NCBI GenBank assembly: GCA_963843845.1
Contig: CAWJMB010000002.1
Span: forward strand, 2,432,001-2,496,000
Direction: 5' to 3'
From: an uncultured Gemmatimonadaceae bacterium
Lineage (GTDB): Bacteria > Gemmatimonadota > Gemmatimonadetes > Gemmatimonadales > Gemmatimonadaceae
DNA: 64,000 nucleotides
Under the pieces are notes generated by a model, which was given only the letters and a program-made list of their open reading frames with translations, searched no databases and was not told the origin of the DNA. Position 1 is the first letter of the stretch; each line of letters starts with the position of its first letter. Made by a program: the position numbers and the translations under genes. Shown one piece after another: positions 53,744 through 64,000 of this stretch.

Positions 53744-54661
53744 CTAGCCGCCGTCACCCCGCCGAGCGCGCGTCGCGAGCTCGGCACAGAGGCGTAGTGA
53801 GGCAGCGAAGCTGGACGGGTCGGCGAGCCCCTGCCCAGCGATGTCGAGCGCCGTGCCGTGATCGGGCGAGGTTCGTGGAAACGGCAGGCCGAGCGTGACG
53901 TTCACCCCTCGACCGAACGCGGCGACCTTGATCGCCGTCATCCCGACGTCGTGATAGGGAGCGATGACCGCGTCGAACATGCCGCGCATGGCACGCACGA
54001 ACACGGTATCGGCCGGCAGCGGGCCCACCAACCCGAACGAACGCGCCGCGGGCTCCAGCAACGCCGCGTCCTCGTCGCCGAAACGACCGCCGTCACCGGC
54101 GTGCGGGTTCAGCGCGCAGAGCGCGATGCGCGGTTCCGCGACTGCGAACCACTCACGCAGGTACTGCCGCGTGATGCGGGCCGCGTCACCGATCGCGTCA
54201 CGCGTCAGCGCCGCCGGCACGTCACGCAGCGCGATGTGCGTGGTCGCGAGCACGACACGCAGCGGGTGCGAGGAGCCGGCGATCGCTCCGTCGGTCGACG
54301 TCAGCATCATCGCGGTGCGACGGCCGGTGAGCGCGCCGAGCATCTCGGTGTGTCCGGGATAGTCGAAGCCGCCTGCGTGCAGTGCCGCCTTGTCGATCGG
54401 CGCAGTGACGATGCCGTCGACGTCTCCGGCCTGCGCCAGCGCGACGGCACGCTCGATCGCGAGGCCCGCGAGGCGGCCCGCCGTCGCGACGTCGTACGCC
54501 GCGCTCCACGCACCGACGACGACATCGGGCCGCACGGGCGTTCCGCTCGGTCCGACGATGACGACGTCGGCGAGTTCGTCGGCGAGCGCGCGAGTCGCCG
54601 CGACGAGCTCCGGCCCGATCCCGCGCACGTCGCCGAGCGTGACGGCCAGGCGGGGGCGCAT
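53744..54661 (-). CDS. pdxA: 4-hydroxythreonine-4-phosphate dehydrogenase
   Basis: 'GDVRGIGPE', 'TAPIDK', 'PGHTE', 'LNPHAG', 'YHDVG', 'RTSPDHGTA'. Confidence 0.95.
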   Translation of the reverse strand: MRPRLAVTLGDVRGIGPELVAATRALADELADVVIVGPSGTPVRPDVVVGAWSAAYDVATAGRLAGLAIERAVALAQAGDVDGIVTAPIDKAALHAGGFDYPGHTEMLGALTGRRTAMMLTSTDGAIAGSSHPLRVVLATTHIALRDVPAALTRDAIGDAARITRQYLREWFAVAEPRIALCALNPHAGDGGRFGDEDAALLEPAARSFGLVGPLPADTVFVRAMRGMFDAVIAPYHDVGMTAIKVAAFGRGVNVTLGLPFPRTSPDHGTALDIAGQGLADPSSFAASLRLCAELATRARRGDGG

Positions 54662-54694
54662 GCCTAACGCGAGTGTGACGAGCGAGACGTCAGG

Positions 54695-56068
54695 CTAGAA
54701 TCGGATCGAGACGTACGTCTGCTTCTTCAGCGAATCGATGAAGCGACGAGCCGTCTTCGCTTCGCCGATCTGCTGGCGTAACACCTGACGCGCCTCGGCC
54801 TCGGGGTAATCGCCGGCTGGCGTCGCGGCGGTCACGCGGACCACGACGAACTTCTCGCGTTCGTTGGCCACGTCCGGGATCGGGAACGGCCCGACGAGCG
54901 TGTTCGCGCCGACCGTGCCGATGCCCGCCGCGTACGCGGCGGGGAGCGAGTCGCGCGGCACGTCCGGCAGAATCACGTTCTCGGCCGGGTCGTGGTAGCG
55001 TGCGGTGAGCGAGTCGATGTTCGCGCCGTCGTCGAGCATCTTGCGCACGCTGTCCGCCTGGACCCGCGCGCGAGCGACGTCGACCGAGTCGATCACGGGA
55101 CGGATGAGGATGTGGCGCGCCTTCACTTCGGCGGGCTGCGCGCGATCGACGCGGATGATGTGGAAGCCGTATGCCGTCTCGACGATCGGGCTCACGCGGC
55201 CGACCGGCAGGGCGAAGGCCATCTCCTCGAATGGCCGGAGCATCGCCCCGCGCCGGAACCACCCGAGGTCGCCGCCGAGCTCTTTCGAGCCGGGGTCCAT
55301 CGACTCGCGCTTCGCGATCTGCTCGAAGTCCCCCCCTCGCGCGATCTCGACGAGGAGCGACTCGGCCTTCGCTCGGGCGGCGGCGCGGGCGACCGTCGAG
55401 GGCTTCGGCGCGACCACGATCTGACGGAAGCTGATGCGCGCCTCCCGCTTCGGGAGCGACGCCTTGCTGCGCTCGTAGGCCTCCGTGACCTCCGTCTCGT
55501 TGACCGGCGCCGCGGCCAGCTTTCCGTCACGACGCAGCTTCGTGAACACCTCGCGCTGCATCTCCGACTTGCGCAGCATGTCCATCTGCTGCTTGCGGTA
55601 GTCGTCGGGGGTGCCGAACCCGGCCTTCCGCAGCTCGCTCCGGAACTCGGCCTCGCTGCCGAACTGTTCACGGATCTGCTTCAGGCGCTGATCGATGTTC
55701 CGCTCCAGCTCTTCGTCGCTGACCTCGATCTTCTCCTCTTTCGCCTTCTGGATCAGCAGCTCGGCGTCGACCATCTCGTCGAGGACGGTACGCTCGAGGG
55801 TCGCGAGCGCGGCCGAGTCGGTTGGCAGCTCCTCGCCGCGCGCGCGGCGCATGATGACCTGCTCGCGCAGCTCGCTATAGAGGATCGGCGTCTCGCCGAC
55901 GACCGCGACGACGCGGTCGATCTCGAGCGACTGGGGCTGCGCACGCGACTGCGGCGCGTTCGCCGCCGCGGGTGTCTGCGCCTGCGTGGACGTGGCGCGT
56001 GCGGCGACGGCGAGCACGGCAAGCGCGGCGAGCGTGGCCGCGCGGAGGGCGGAGGAGAAGCGAGGCAT
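54695..56068 (-). CDS. surA: SurA-like periplasmic chaperone / parvulin PPIase
   Basis: 'IDRVVAVVG', parvulin 'GGDLGWF..FEEMAF..VETAYGFHII', 'ARHILI'; upstream of pdxA. Confidence 0.85.
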   Translation of the reverse strand: MPRFSSALRAATLAALAVLAVAARATSTQAQTPAAANAPQSRAQPQSLEIDRVVAVVGETPILYSELREQVIMRRARGEELPTDSAALATLERTVLDEMVDAELLIQKAKEEKIEVSDEELERNIDQRLKQIREQFGSEAEFRSELRKAGFGTPDDYRKQQMDMLRKSEMQREVFTKLRRDGKLAAAPVNETEVTEAYERSKASLPKREARISFRQIVVAPKPSTVARAAARAKAESLLVEIARGGDFEQIAKRESMDPGSKELGGDLGWFRRGAMLRPFEEMAFALPVGRVSPIVETAYGFHIIRVDRAQPAEVKARHILIRPVIDSVDVARARVQADSVRKMLDDGANIDSLTARYHDPAENVILPDVPRDSLPAAYAAGIGTVGANTLVGPFPIPDVANEREKFVVVRVTAATPAGDYPEAEARQVLRQQIGEAKTARRFIDSLKKQTYVSIRF

Positions 56069-56172
56069 AGCGGTAAACTACCCGAGTCGGGCGACCGGGG
56101 TCCGGTCAGCGAACAGGGGCGGACCCGGTCGGGCCCGCCCCTCGAACGTCGCATTCACTTCGGTCGGTCAGC

Positions 56173-57675
56173 TCACGGCGTCTTCGTGCCCGGCGGAACC
56201 GCAGTCGGAGCGCCCGGCGGCGTCGCGCCCGGCTCACCGGGGAGCGGCACGGCCGTCTGCGGCTGGCCAGCGTTTTTCGTCGAGTCGCGGGTGGCGCGGA
56301 CCTGCGCCGCACGCTCGAGCGCGCGGTCGATCGCGGCGTCGTTCACCTGGAAATCGTACTTGGTGCGGAGCGCGCGCTCGATCGGGATCGGCACCTCGAC
56401 GAACTGCGCGCGCTGCTGCACGAGGCGATCGAGGAACTCGTCGATCCGCGTCGAGGCGAGGCGCACACGATCCGACTCCGACTTCGCCGCGAGGGCGAGC
56501 GAGTCCGGGCGAACGCCGAGTCCGGTCCATGCCGACACGACGGCCGCGACGAACGTGCGTCGGAGGTTGGCGAGGTCGGTCGTGTCCATCTGGATCTTGG
56601 CGCTGTCGGCCTGCTTCAGCAGCAACTCGTTGCGCGCCAGCTGCGAGACGAAGGTGCGGACGGTCGTGTCGGGCGCGGCGGCGATCTGAGCGCGCATCTG
56701 CGGCGCGTTCGGCAGCGACGTGACCCACTCGGCGACGCGCGATGCCTTGAGATCGCCAGCGCTGGACGTGGCGACGACCTTGTCGTCGTTCTTGTGTCCG
56801 GCCGGATCCTGCGCGACGGCCTTGGTCCAGAGCGCGGCGTCCGGCTTCACGTCGACCTTGCCGTTCGCCTCGAGGTTCTTCAGGTACGTGCTCTCGTTGA
56901 CGGCGCGGGTGCGCGCCACGACGGCCGGCCCGAAGCTCGACGAGATCTCGGAATAGTTCGGCCGGTAGATGATGTGCCAGCCGAACATCGTCGCCACCGG
57001 CTGCGAGATCTGCCCGGGCTGGAGCGCCACGAGCGTCTTCTCGAACTCGGGGAGCATCACGCCCTTCGGAAACAGCCCGAGGTCGCCGCCGCGCTGCGCC
57101 GAGCCCTGGTCGCCGCTGTTCTTCGATGCGAGGTCGGCGAAGTTCGATGCGGTCGCCTGGGCGCGGAGCGACTGTGCGCGCTTGAGCAGCGAGTCACGAA
57201 CCGGCGCCTCGACGGGGAGCGGTTGTCCCTGCGGCCCGCGCGGGAACGGCAGCAGAATGTGGCGCGCCGAGAGCCACTCGCCCGACGCGTACTTCGCCGC
57301 GTTGTTCGCCGTGTCGGCGCCTGGCGCCTTGCTCAGGATCTGCTCGCCGAGGCGGCGGATGCGCTCCATACCGATGAGCGCCCACAGCGCGTCGTCGATC
57401 TCCTTCGGCTTCGAGAGCGAGTCCCCCTTCGCGGCCGCCTGGCCGAGGAGCTCGTAGTTGACCCAGAGGTTGGCCAGGTTCTTCGCGACCTCGCGCCCCT
57501 GGGGCCCTTGAATCGGAATCTGCCCCGCATTGCCGAGCAGCGAGCCGAGACGCTCGATCGTGAGCTCCTGGGAGCCGGCCTTCGCGACCGTATCGACGTG
57601 GGCCGTCAGCGCGCCGTCGCACGCCGCGAGCCCCACGGCGGCGGCGATGCCGCCAAGAATGATCTGACGTTTCAT
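56173..57675 (-). CDS. Parvulin-type PPIase lipoprotein
   Basis: Lipobox 'GLAACDG', 'ARHILL', 'GGDLGLF', 'TMFGWHII'. Confidence 0.85.
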   Translation of the reverse strand: MKRQIILGGIAAAVGLAACDGALTAHVDTVAKAGSQELTIERLGSLLGNAGQIPIQGPQGREVAKNLANLWVNYELLGQAAAKGDSLSKPKEIDDALWALIGMERIRRLGEQILSKAPGADTANNAAKYASGEWLSARHILLPFPRGPQGQPLPVEAPVRDSLLKRAQSLRAQATASNFADLASKNSGDQGSAQRGGDLGLFPKGVMLPEFEKTLVALQPGQISQPVATMFGWHIIYRPNYSEISSSFGPAVVARTRAVNESTYLKNLEANGKVDVKPDAALWTKAVAQDPAGHKNDDKVVATSSAGDLKASRVAEWVTSLPNAPQMRAQIAAAPDTTVRTFVSQLARNELLLKQADSAKIQMDTTDLANLRRTFVAAVVSAWTGLGVRPDSLALAAKSESDRVRLASTRIDEFLDRLVQQRAQFVEVPIPIERALRTKYDFQVNDAAIDRALERAAQVRATRDSTKNAGQPQTAVPLPGEPGATPPGAPTAVPPGTKTP

Positions 57676-57741
57676 GGACCTGGGACGAACGGATGTTGTG
57701 GGAGAGGCGCGCCGCGAGCGCACCGTGCCGACCCGAGACCT

Positions 57742-60700
57742 TCAGCCGGACACTTGAGGCAGGAGACTTCGTAGCGCGCGGACGAGCCCGCCCAGGATGT
57801 CTGCCCCGCCCTGCCGCGTGAGCTTGAGCGCGAGCGGCTGGGCGCGACGGATGTCGACCTGAAACTGGACCGTGTGAAACGCCCCGCCGAGCGCCTTCAT
57901 ACGCGGCACGGCAGAGTCCCGGAAGCTAATACGGGCTTCCTCGCCACGCACGAGAATCCCTTCAACCCCGAGCGCCCCGCCGAGGATCCGCAGCAGTGCC
58001 GTCGCGATGAAGGCTTCGGCCGGCGGCGGCAGGGGGCCGAACCGATCGCGGACCTCGTCGCGCAGCGCGTCGACGTCTTCGGCCGTGGCGAGCGCGCCCA
58101 GCCGCCGATAGATGTCGAGCTTCGCTTCCTGAGAGACGACGTAGTCGTCCGGGAGATACGCGGCGCGGTCGAGCGAGACGTCGCTCGGGACCAGCTTCGG
58201 CGCGCCGTCGCCCTGCACGAGGCGGCGGACCGTCTCGTCGAGCATCCGCATGTACATGTCGAAGCCGACCGCGTGCACGAAGCCGCTCTGCTCGGGCCCG
58301 AGCAGGTTGCCGGCGCCGCGCAGCTCGAGGTCCTTCATCGCGACGCGGTACCCGGCGCCGAGCTCCGTATGGTGTTCGAGCACCGCGAGCCGGCGCTCGG
58401 CGTCCTCGTCGAGCGAGTCGGGGACGAGGAGGTAGCAATACGCGCGGCGGTGCGACCGGCCGACGCGTCCGCGGAGCTGGTAGAGCTGCGCGAGGCCGAA
58501 GTAGTCGGCCCGGTTCACGAACATCGTGTTCGCGTTCGGCACGTCGAGCCCGGTCTCGACGATCATCGTCGAGACGAGGATGTCGACCTCGCCGCTCGCG
58601 AACTTGTGCATCACGTCTTCGAGGTCGCGCTCGCGCATCTGCCCGTGCCCGACGGCGACGCGGGCGCGCGGCGCCAGCCGGCGGACGTGGTCGGCGATCG
58701 CTTCGATCGTCTCGATGCGGTTGTGCACGAAGAAGACCTGGCCGCCGCGGTCGAGCTCGCGCGCGAAGCCTTCTTCCATGAGCCCGTCGTCCCACGGCTC
58801 GACGAACGTCAGCACCGGCGACCGGTCCCGCGGCGGCGTCTGCATCAGCGTCATGTCGCGCAGCCCGGCGAGCGACTGATGCAGCGTGCGCGGGATCGGC
58901 GTCGCGGTGAGCGTCAGCACGTCGGTCTCGAGCTTCAGCTGCTTCAGCTTCTCCTTGTGCTTGACGCCGAAGCGGTGCTCTTCGTCGACGATGATGAGGC
59001 CGAGGTCGGCGAACGCGACGTCGTTGCTGAGCAGACGATGCGTGCCGATGACGACGTCGATCTTCTTCGCCTTCACGTCGGCGAGCAGCGTCGTCTGCTG
59101 CGTGCCGGTCTGGAAGCGGCTCACGACCTCGACGCGCACCGGGAAGTCCGCGAACCGCTCGCTGAACGTGCGCCCGTGCTGATCGGCGAGGATCGTCGTC
59201 GGCACGAGCACGGCGACCTGGCGCCCGCTCTGCACCGCCTTGAAGGCGGCCCGGACGGCGATCTCGGTCTTGCCATAGCCGACGTCGCCGACGAGGAGGC
59301 GATCCATCGGGCGCGTGCTCTCCATGTCGCCCTTCACGTCGACCGTCGCCTTGCGCTGGTCGGGCGTGTCCTCGAACAGGAACGAGCTCTCCAGCTGGCG
59401 CTGCCAGTCGCCGTCCGGATTGTGCGGCGGGCGCGCCGCGACCTTGCGACGCGCGTAGAGGTCGAGCAGCTCGACGGTCATCTCCTGGATCGCGGCGCGC
59501 GTCTTGTCGCGCTGCTGCTGCCACCGCTTGCCGCCGAGCTTGTGCAGGCGCGGCGGCGCGTCGTCGTTCGTGCCGTCACCGGCGCCGCGGTACCGCTCGA
59601 TGAGGTCGAGGCGATAGAGCGGCACGTTGAGCCGGTCGCCTCCCTCGTATTCGATGACGGCGACTTCGATCGTGTTCGTCGCGACGAACTTCGTCTCGAC
59701 ACCACGGAAGATGCCGACGCCGTGCTCGAGGTGAACGACGTAGTCGCCGGGCTTGAGCGCCGAGCCGACGTCGAGCGCCGTTCCCGCGGCGTAGCGGCGA
59801 CTGCGGCGAATGCGCCGATCGCGCCGGAAGATCTCGTGGTCGGTGAGCACGCGGAGCGGCGTGCCGGTCGCGAGCGGGAGGACGAAGCCGCCGCCCAGCA
59901 CGCCGATGACGAGCGCCGCCGGCGACGGCGACGTGAGGCGCCACCGCTCCTCCGCCTCGCTCAGCAGCTCGTCGAGCCGCTCGGCCTGCCCCTGGTTGTC
60001 GCAGAGGATGATCGTCGGGATGCCGTCGCGAACGAGGCGACGGAGCGCGCGGATGTCGCGGTTGATGCTCTCCGACGGGCGAATCGGGAAGCCGACGTCG
60101 GGCGCGGAGTCGACCTCGCGGATCGTGCCGTAGCTCTCGACAGTCCGCACCGCGTCCTTCGGGGCGACGAACAGCTCCTCGCGCCGTGCGACGTCCTCGC
60201 CGCGCCGACGCGCGAGGTCGAGGTGGTGCTCCGCCTCATCCCAGGTGCGCTGCATCTCGGCGACGACTTCGACGCCTTCGGGAACGAAGAGGACGGTGTC
60301 GGGCGGCCACAACTCCGCGATCGACAGCCGCTCCACGCCCACCGCGCTCTCACTGACGCGGCCGTCGACGGGAAGAATCAGCGCCAGCTCGGCGGCGCGC
60401 GTCGACCGCTGGCTGAACAGATCGAAGTGTCGCAGCTCGATGATCTCGTCGCCCCAGAACTCGAGGCGCACCGGCTCGGCCATGCCGAAGCCGTAGACAT
60501 CGAAGATGCCGCCGCGAACGGAGAACTGCGCGACGTCTTCGACCATCGTCACCCGCTCGAACCCGACCTGCTCCAGGTGCGCGGCGAGAGCTTCGGGGCG
60601 CCGCACGTCGCCCTTGCGGAGCACGAGTCGCAGGCCGGCGAGCGCGCGCGGGAGGCGCGTCCGCTCGAGCACGGCGCGCGGCGTCGTGAGCAGAATCTGC

Positions 60701-61098
60701 ACGCGGCCGAGCCCGAGCCGTTCGAGCGTCTCGACGCGCTCGCCCGCGACTTCCGCGTGGGGCTCGGCTTCGCCGAACGCTTCGCGAGGAGGGTAGAGCG
60801 CGACCGGCGCGGTGAGCAGTGCGGCCTCGGTATCCGCGCCGCCACTTCCCGTTCGCGCCGGAACCTCGACGAGGGCCTCGAGATCCGCGAGCCAGCGCTC
60901 CGCGTCCGGGACGTTGTTCGCGAGGACGACGAACAGCCGCTGCGGGAGGCGACGCGCGAGCGCGGCGAGCAGCACGGCGTCGCTCGACCCGGGAAGGCCG
61001 CCGACCGTCAGGCGCCCCTTCGCGCCGGGCAGTGTGTTCGCGAGGCGTGTGAACGCGGAGAGCGACTCGACCGCGTCGAGCAGCGATGGAAGTGCCAT
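57742..61098 (-). CDS. mfd: Transcription-repair coupling factor
   Basis: 'RGGIFDV', CarD-like 'VVHLEHGVG', 'GDVGYGKTE', 'DEEHRFGV', 'QLRGRVGR', '[12 protein letters not shown]', TRCF C-domain. Confidence 0.98.
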   Translation of the reverse strand: MALPSLLDAVESLSAFTRLANTLPGAKGRLTVGGLPGSSDAVLLAALARRLPQRLFVVLANNVPDAERWLADLEALVEVPARTGSGGADTEAALLTAPVALYPPREAFGEAEPHAEVAGERVETLERLGLGRVQILLTTPRAVLERTRLPRALAGLRLVLRKGDVRRPEALAAHLEQVGFERVTMVEDVAQFSVRGGIFDVYGFGMAEPVRLEFWGDEIIELRHFDLFSQRSTRAAELALILPVDGRVSESAVGVERLSIAELWPPDTVLFVPEGVEVVAEMQRTWDEAEHHLDLARRRGEDVARREELFVAPKDAVRTVESYGTIREVDSAPDVGFPIRPSESINRDIRALRRLVRDGIPTIILCDNQGQAERLDELLSEAEERWRLTSPSPAALVIGVLGGGFVLPLATGTPLRVLTDHEIFRRDRRIRRSRRYAAGTALDVGSALKPGDYVVHLEHGVGIFRGVETKFVATNTIEVAVIEYEGGDRLNVPLYRLDLIERYRGAGDGTNDDAPPRLHKLGGKRWQQQRDKTRAAIQEMTVELLDLYARRKVAARPPHNPDGDWQRQLESSFLFEDTPDQRKATVDVKGDMESTRPMDRLLVGDVGYGKTEIAVRAAFKAVQSGRQVAVLVPTTILADQHGRTFSERFADFPVRVEVVSRFQTGTQQTTLLADVKAKKIDVVIGTHRLLSNDVAFADLGLIIVDEEHRFGVKHKEKLKQLKLETDVLTLTATPIPRTLHQSLAGLRDMTLMQTPPRDRSPVLTFVEPWDDGLMEEGFARELDRGGQVFFVHNRIETIEAIADHVRRLAPRARVAVGHGQMRERDLEDVMHKFASGEVDILVSTMIVETGLDVPNANTMFVNRADYFGLAQLYQLRGRVGRSHRRAYCYLLVPDSLDEDAERRLAVLEHHTELGAGYRVAMKDLELRGAGNLLGPEQSGFVHAVGFDMYMRMLDETVRRLVQGDGAPKLVPSDVSLDRAAYLPDDYVVSQEAKLDIYRRLGALATAEDVDALRDEVRDRFGPLPPPAEAFIATALLRILGGALGVEGILVRGEEARISFRDSAVPRMKALGGAFHTVQFQVDIRRAQPLALKLTRQGGADILGGLVRALRSLLPQVSG

Positions 61099-61110
61099 GC
61101 TGAGAGGCGG

Positions 61111-63001
61111 TCAGGCCGCCACGGCGCCGTCGGCCGCGGCGCCGGCGGACGACGACCGCTGACGCGTCGCGAGCCCTTCGGCGAGCAACGCGGCGAGCGC
61201 CGCGACGAGGAGCGGTCCGCCGATCGGGCGTTCGCCGTCTCCGCCGTACGTCGCGGCGGCCGCGTCGCGCGCGGTGGCCGCGATCTGCACCGCACTTCCT
61301 CCGCCGATGCGGCCGGCGAGCGTGCGGACGTTCATCCGTGCCAACTCCGATTCCTCTGCTTCTACGTTCACGACCAGCGCGCCGATGCGAGCGCCGTTGC
61401 GTAGCCAATAGTACACGCCAGGGCGATCGGGCGCGGGCGTAGCGGCCGAGGATGCCGGCAGGCGGCGTCCGTCGGGCGCGACGAGCGCGTCCGCGCCCTC
61501 GGGCGCATCGAACGCCGCGCCGGGTGCCACGTCGACGACCGTCACCGGTGCGCCGCCGAGTCGTTCGTTCAACGACTCGCCGAGCCAGGGCACGAACGCG
61601 GCGCGCAGAGGGAGGGTCGTCGCCTCCGGCACGAGCGGCGAGGCGACGAGCACGTAGTTCGCTCCCGCGACGACCCATGGCTCGCCGCCCGCCGTCGCGA
61701 GCGTGTCGCTCGACGCGTTACCTCGCGGAACCAGTCGAACGCGACGCGTCGCGACGACACCCGCGCGCGTCGAATCGGGCGTCGCCGCGAAGCGCACCGC
61801 CGACTCCCCCGTGCGCAGCGGGCCGAATCGCCACGGCACGCCCAGCCGCTCCAGCGCGAGGTTCGCGGCGCCGAGTCGCACGGGATCGCTCGGGGCGACG
61901 AGCAGCGCGGGGAGCCGGCGCGCCAGGTCTGCCGAGACGATGTCGACGACCGTCGCGCCGCCGGTCGATGCGGCGCGGACGCGACCAGACTGCACGAGCG
62001 TGGCGAGCCCGCTCGCGACGAACGGGCCCGCGCTCGGGTCGGCCGTCGCCGCGGGCGCATCGCCGACGAAGAGCGCGAAGTGGCGTTCGTCGTCCCCGCG
62101 CAGCTCGTCCGGCTGGATCGCGATGCTCCCCGCGAGCCAGCCGCGGGTCGTGGTCGCGAGGCGCGGCCGTAGCTCGGCGTCGGGCGGCGCGGTGCCGCGG
62201 AGCAGCGTGCGCTCGGCGCCGGTCGTATGCTCGACGATGCGGTACGGAACGGAATCGGGCGCGCGGACGCGTGCGACGAGCGTACCGGCGCCGGCCCAGC
62301 GGCGCGGCGACGGCTCGGCCATGACGACGCCCCGGTTGGCGGGCGGCGTGGAAGGCGGCACGTGGACGACGAGCCGCGTGCGGCCGAGTGCGCCGACCGC
62401 CGGCGGGGTGCGCCAGGACGTCGCCTGGCCGTCGGTGACGACGACGACCGTGGACGCGAGCGCCGCCCCGGCCGACCCGACGACGGCTGCGGCGCGCGCG
62501 ACGGCACGCCCGAGGTCACCGGCGCCGGCGAGCGGTACGACCGTGCGCCAACGCGGCGCGAGCCGCCGTCCGATCGCTACCGACGACGCGACCGTCCGCC
62601 GTCACGAGCCACACCCGGTCGGCGTCGGTCGCGTCGTCGAGGACCTGCTCGGCCGCGGATCGGAGCGACGCGAACAGCGGGCGTCCGTCGACGACGACCG
62701 AGGTGCTGAGCGAGTTGTCGAGCACGATCGCGACGGCCGTCGGCGGATGCCCTGCCCCGCCGATCCGCGCGATCGGCCGAGCCGCCGCGAGCGCCAGGAG
62801 CAGTACGGCGAGCACGCGCAACGCCATGAGCAGCCAGTTCCGCAGTCGCAGTCGGGCACTCTGCTCCTGCTCCGCGCGCAGCAGGTAGCGAACGGCCGGA
62901 AACGCGATGCGCGTTCCGATCCGGCGCCGCATCAGATGGATGAGCAGCGGCACCGCGGCGGCCGCGGCGAGCGCCGCCCAGTAGGGGGCGAGGAGCTCCA
63001 T
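61111..63001 (-). CDS. BatA-domain / vWA membrane protein (frameshift near 62545)
   Basis: 'PLLIHLMRRR..FPAVRYL..LLMALRVLAV..AARP', MIDAS-like 'LDNSLS', 'VVVTDGQ', C-terminal 'EESEL' plus TM helix. Confidence 0.8.
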
Positions 63002-63012
63002 CAGCGGAGCGG

Positions 63013-63087
63013 CCGGGGATCGGGATCGGCGAGCGGAGATCGGACATGGCTCCGACGCTACCCGATCGCCGATCCCCGATCTCCCGC
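63013..63087. repeat. Inverted arrays of degenerate heptamers (GATCGGG / CCCGATC), intergenic
   Basis: ccggggatcgggatcggcgagcggagatcgg ... cccgatc|gccgatc|cccgatc. Confidence 0.65.
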
Positions 63088-63090
63088 GTG

Positions 63091-64000
63091 TCAGTGCGTG
63101 AACGCATACCGCAGCGGCACGCCGAACGGCGCGTTCGTGACGATGGTCGCGTAGCGAGCGCCGTAGCGAGCGAACAGCGCTCGCCAGTCGGCGATCGCGC
63201 GGTCGACGGTGGCGCGGTAGGCATCGCGGACCTCCGCCGTGACGGCGGGGACGGTGTCGCCCGACTCCGGGTCGACGAACACGGCCTCGCCCGGGGCGAT
63301 CGGCGAGGTCGCGCTCCGCCGGGTCGAGCAGGTGCAACACGTTGACATCGTGCCCGGCGCCGCGGAGCCCGCGCAGCGACTGCTCGACTTCGTCGGGATC
63401 GACGAGCAGGTCGGAGATGAGCACCACCATGCCGGCGCGCCGGACGAGGCGCGCGGCGCGGCCGAGCGCGTCACCGGCCTTCGACTGCGTGCCGGCGCCG
63501 GACTCGGCGAGCGACGCGAGCAGGCGGCGCCACTGGCCGTGGCGGGCGCGCGGCGGCACGACGCTCCGCACGTGCTCGTCGAAGCGGATGAGGCCGACGG
63601 CGTCGCGCTGGCGGAGGAGCAGGAGGGACAGGGCAGCGACGAGCCGCTCCGCGTAATCGAGCTTCGTGAGCGGCGCCGCGACGGTCGAAGCGGCGTCGTG
63701 CCAGCTCGCGTCGGCGGCGCTGCTCCATGCCATCGACTTGCTGACATCGAGCACGATCGTCGCGCGGAGATTCGTCTCCTCCTCGAACTGCTTCACGACC
63801 CAGCGGTCGGCGCGCGCCGCGATCCGCCAGTCGAGGTAGCGAAGGTCGTCTCCCGGCTGGTACGGGCGGTGCTCGGCGAATTCGACCGAGAAGCCGCGGC
63901 GCGGCGAGCGGTGCAGACCGGTGATGAAGCCGTCGACGACCCAGCGCGCGACGATCTCGAGGTTTCCGAGCGCGGCGAGCGCGGCAGGGTCGAGGAGGTC
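63091..64000 (-). CDS. DUF58 protein of a MoxR/vWA operon (5' end outside the window; frameshift near 63300)
   Basis: 'GLHRSPRRGFSVEFAEHRPYQPGDDLRYLDW', 'KQFEEETN', 'LDVSKSM', 'LISDL'. Confidence 0.92.

Noticed and set aside
62516..63796. Apparent DUF58-BatA fusion
   Set aside because: Artifact of a frameshift near 63300; DUF58 has its own stop at 63091.

Overview
High-GC chromosomal window from a member of Gemmatimonadota, judged from 16S signatures and gene content. Left to right it holds an ABC permease, a SusC/SusD/DUF4397 uptake trio, tex, infA and a cytochrome c-copper monooxygenase lipoprotein. Next is a ~21 kb aromatic amino-acid catabolic region: paaABCD, paaGHIJYZ, a fused 2-oxoacid dehydrogenase E1, hppD, hmgA, an aminotransferase and a flavin amine oxidase, with no paaE or paaK. 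Then come a peptide-binding lipoprotein divergent from a ZU5-like lipoprotein ending in an HFS motif plus a TPR-HD-GYP-GGDEF protein, a stand-alone Rad52/Rad22-family gene, and deoxyhypusine-synthase-like and DUF2156 genes. A solitary tRNA-Ile and a solitary (unlinked) 16S rRNA gene flank an FHA + Ser/Thr kinase-RCC1 pair. The right end has a poly-acidic protein, typA, pilT, pdxA, two PPIases, mfd and a BatA/DUF58 operon. Eight single-base frameshifts in seven otherwise intact genes look like long-read consensus errors. Top leads: (1) a possible autoproteolytic-lipoprotein / peptide / TPR-phosphodiesterase signalling module; (2) an over-represented octamer CGTTAGGC; (3) a 16-nt UUCG hairpin inserted in 16S helix 22; (4) the unlinked 16S; (5) a PaaK-independent entry route into the phenylacetyl-CoA pathway. 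All family calls come from motif recognition, not database searches.
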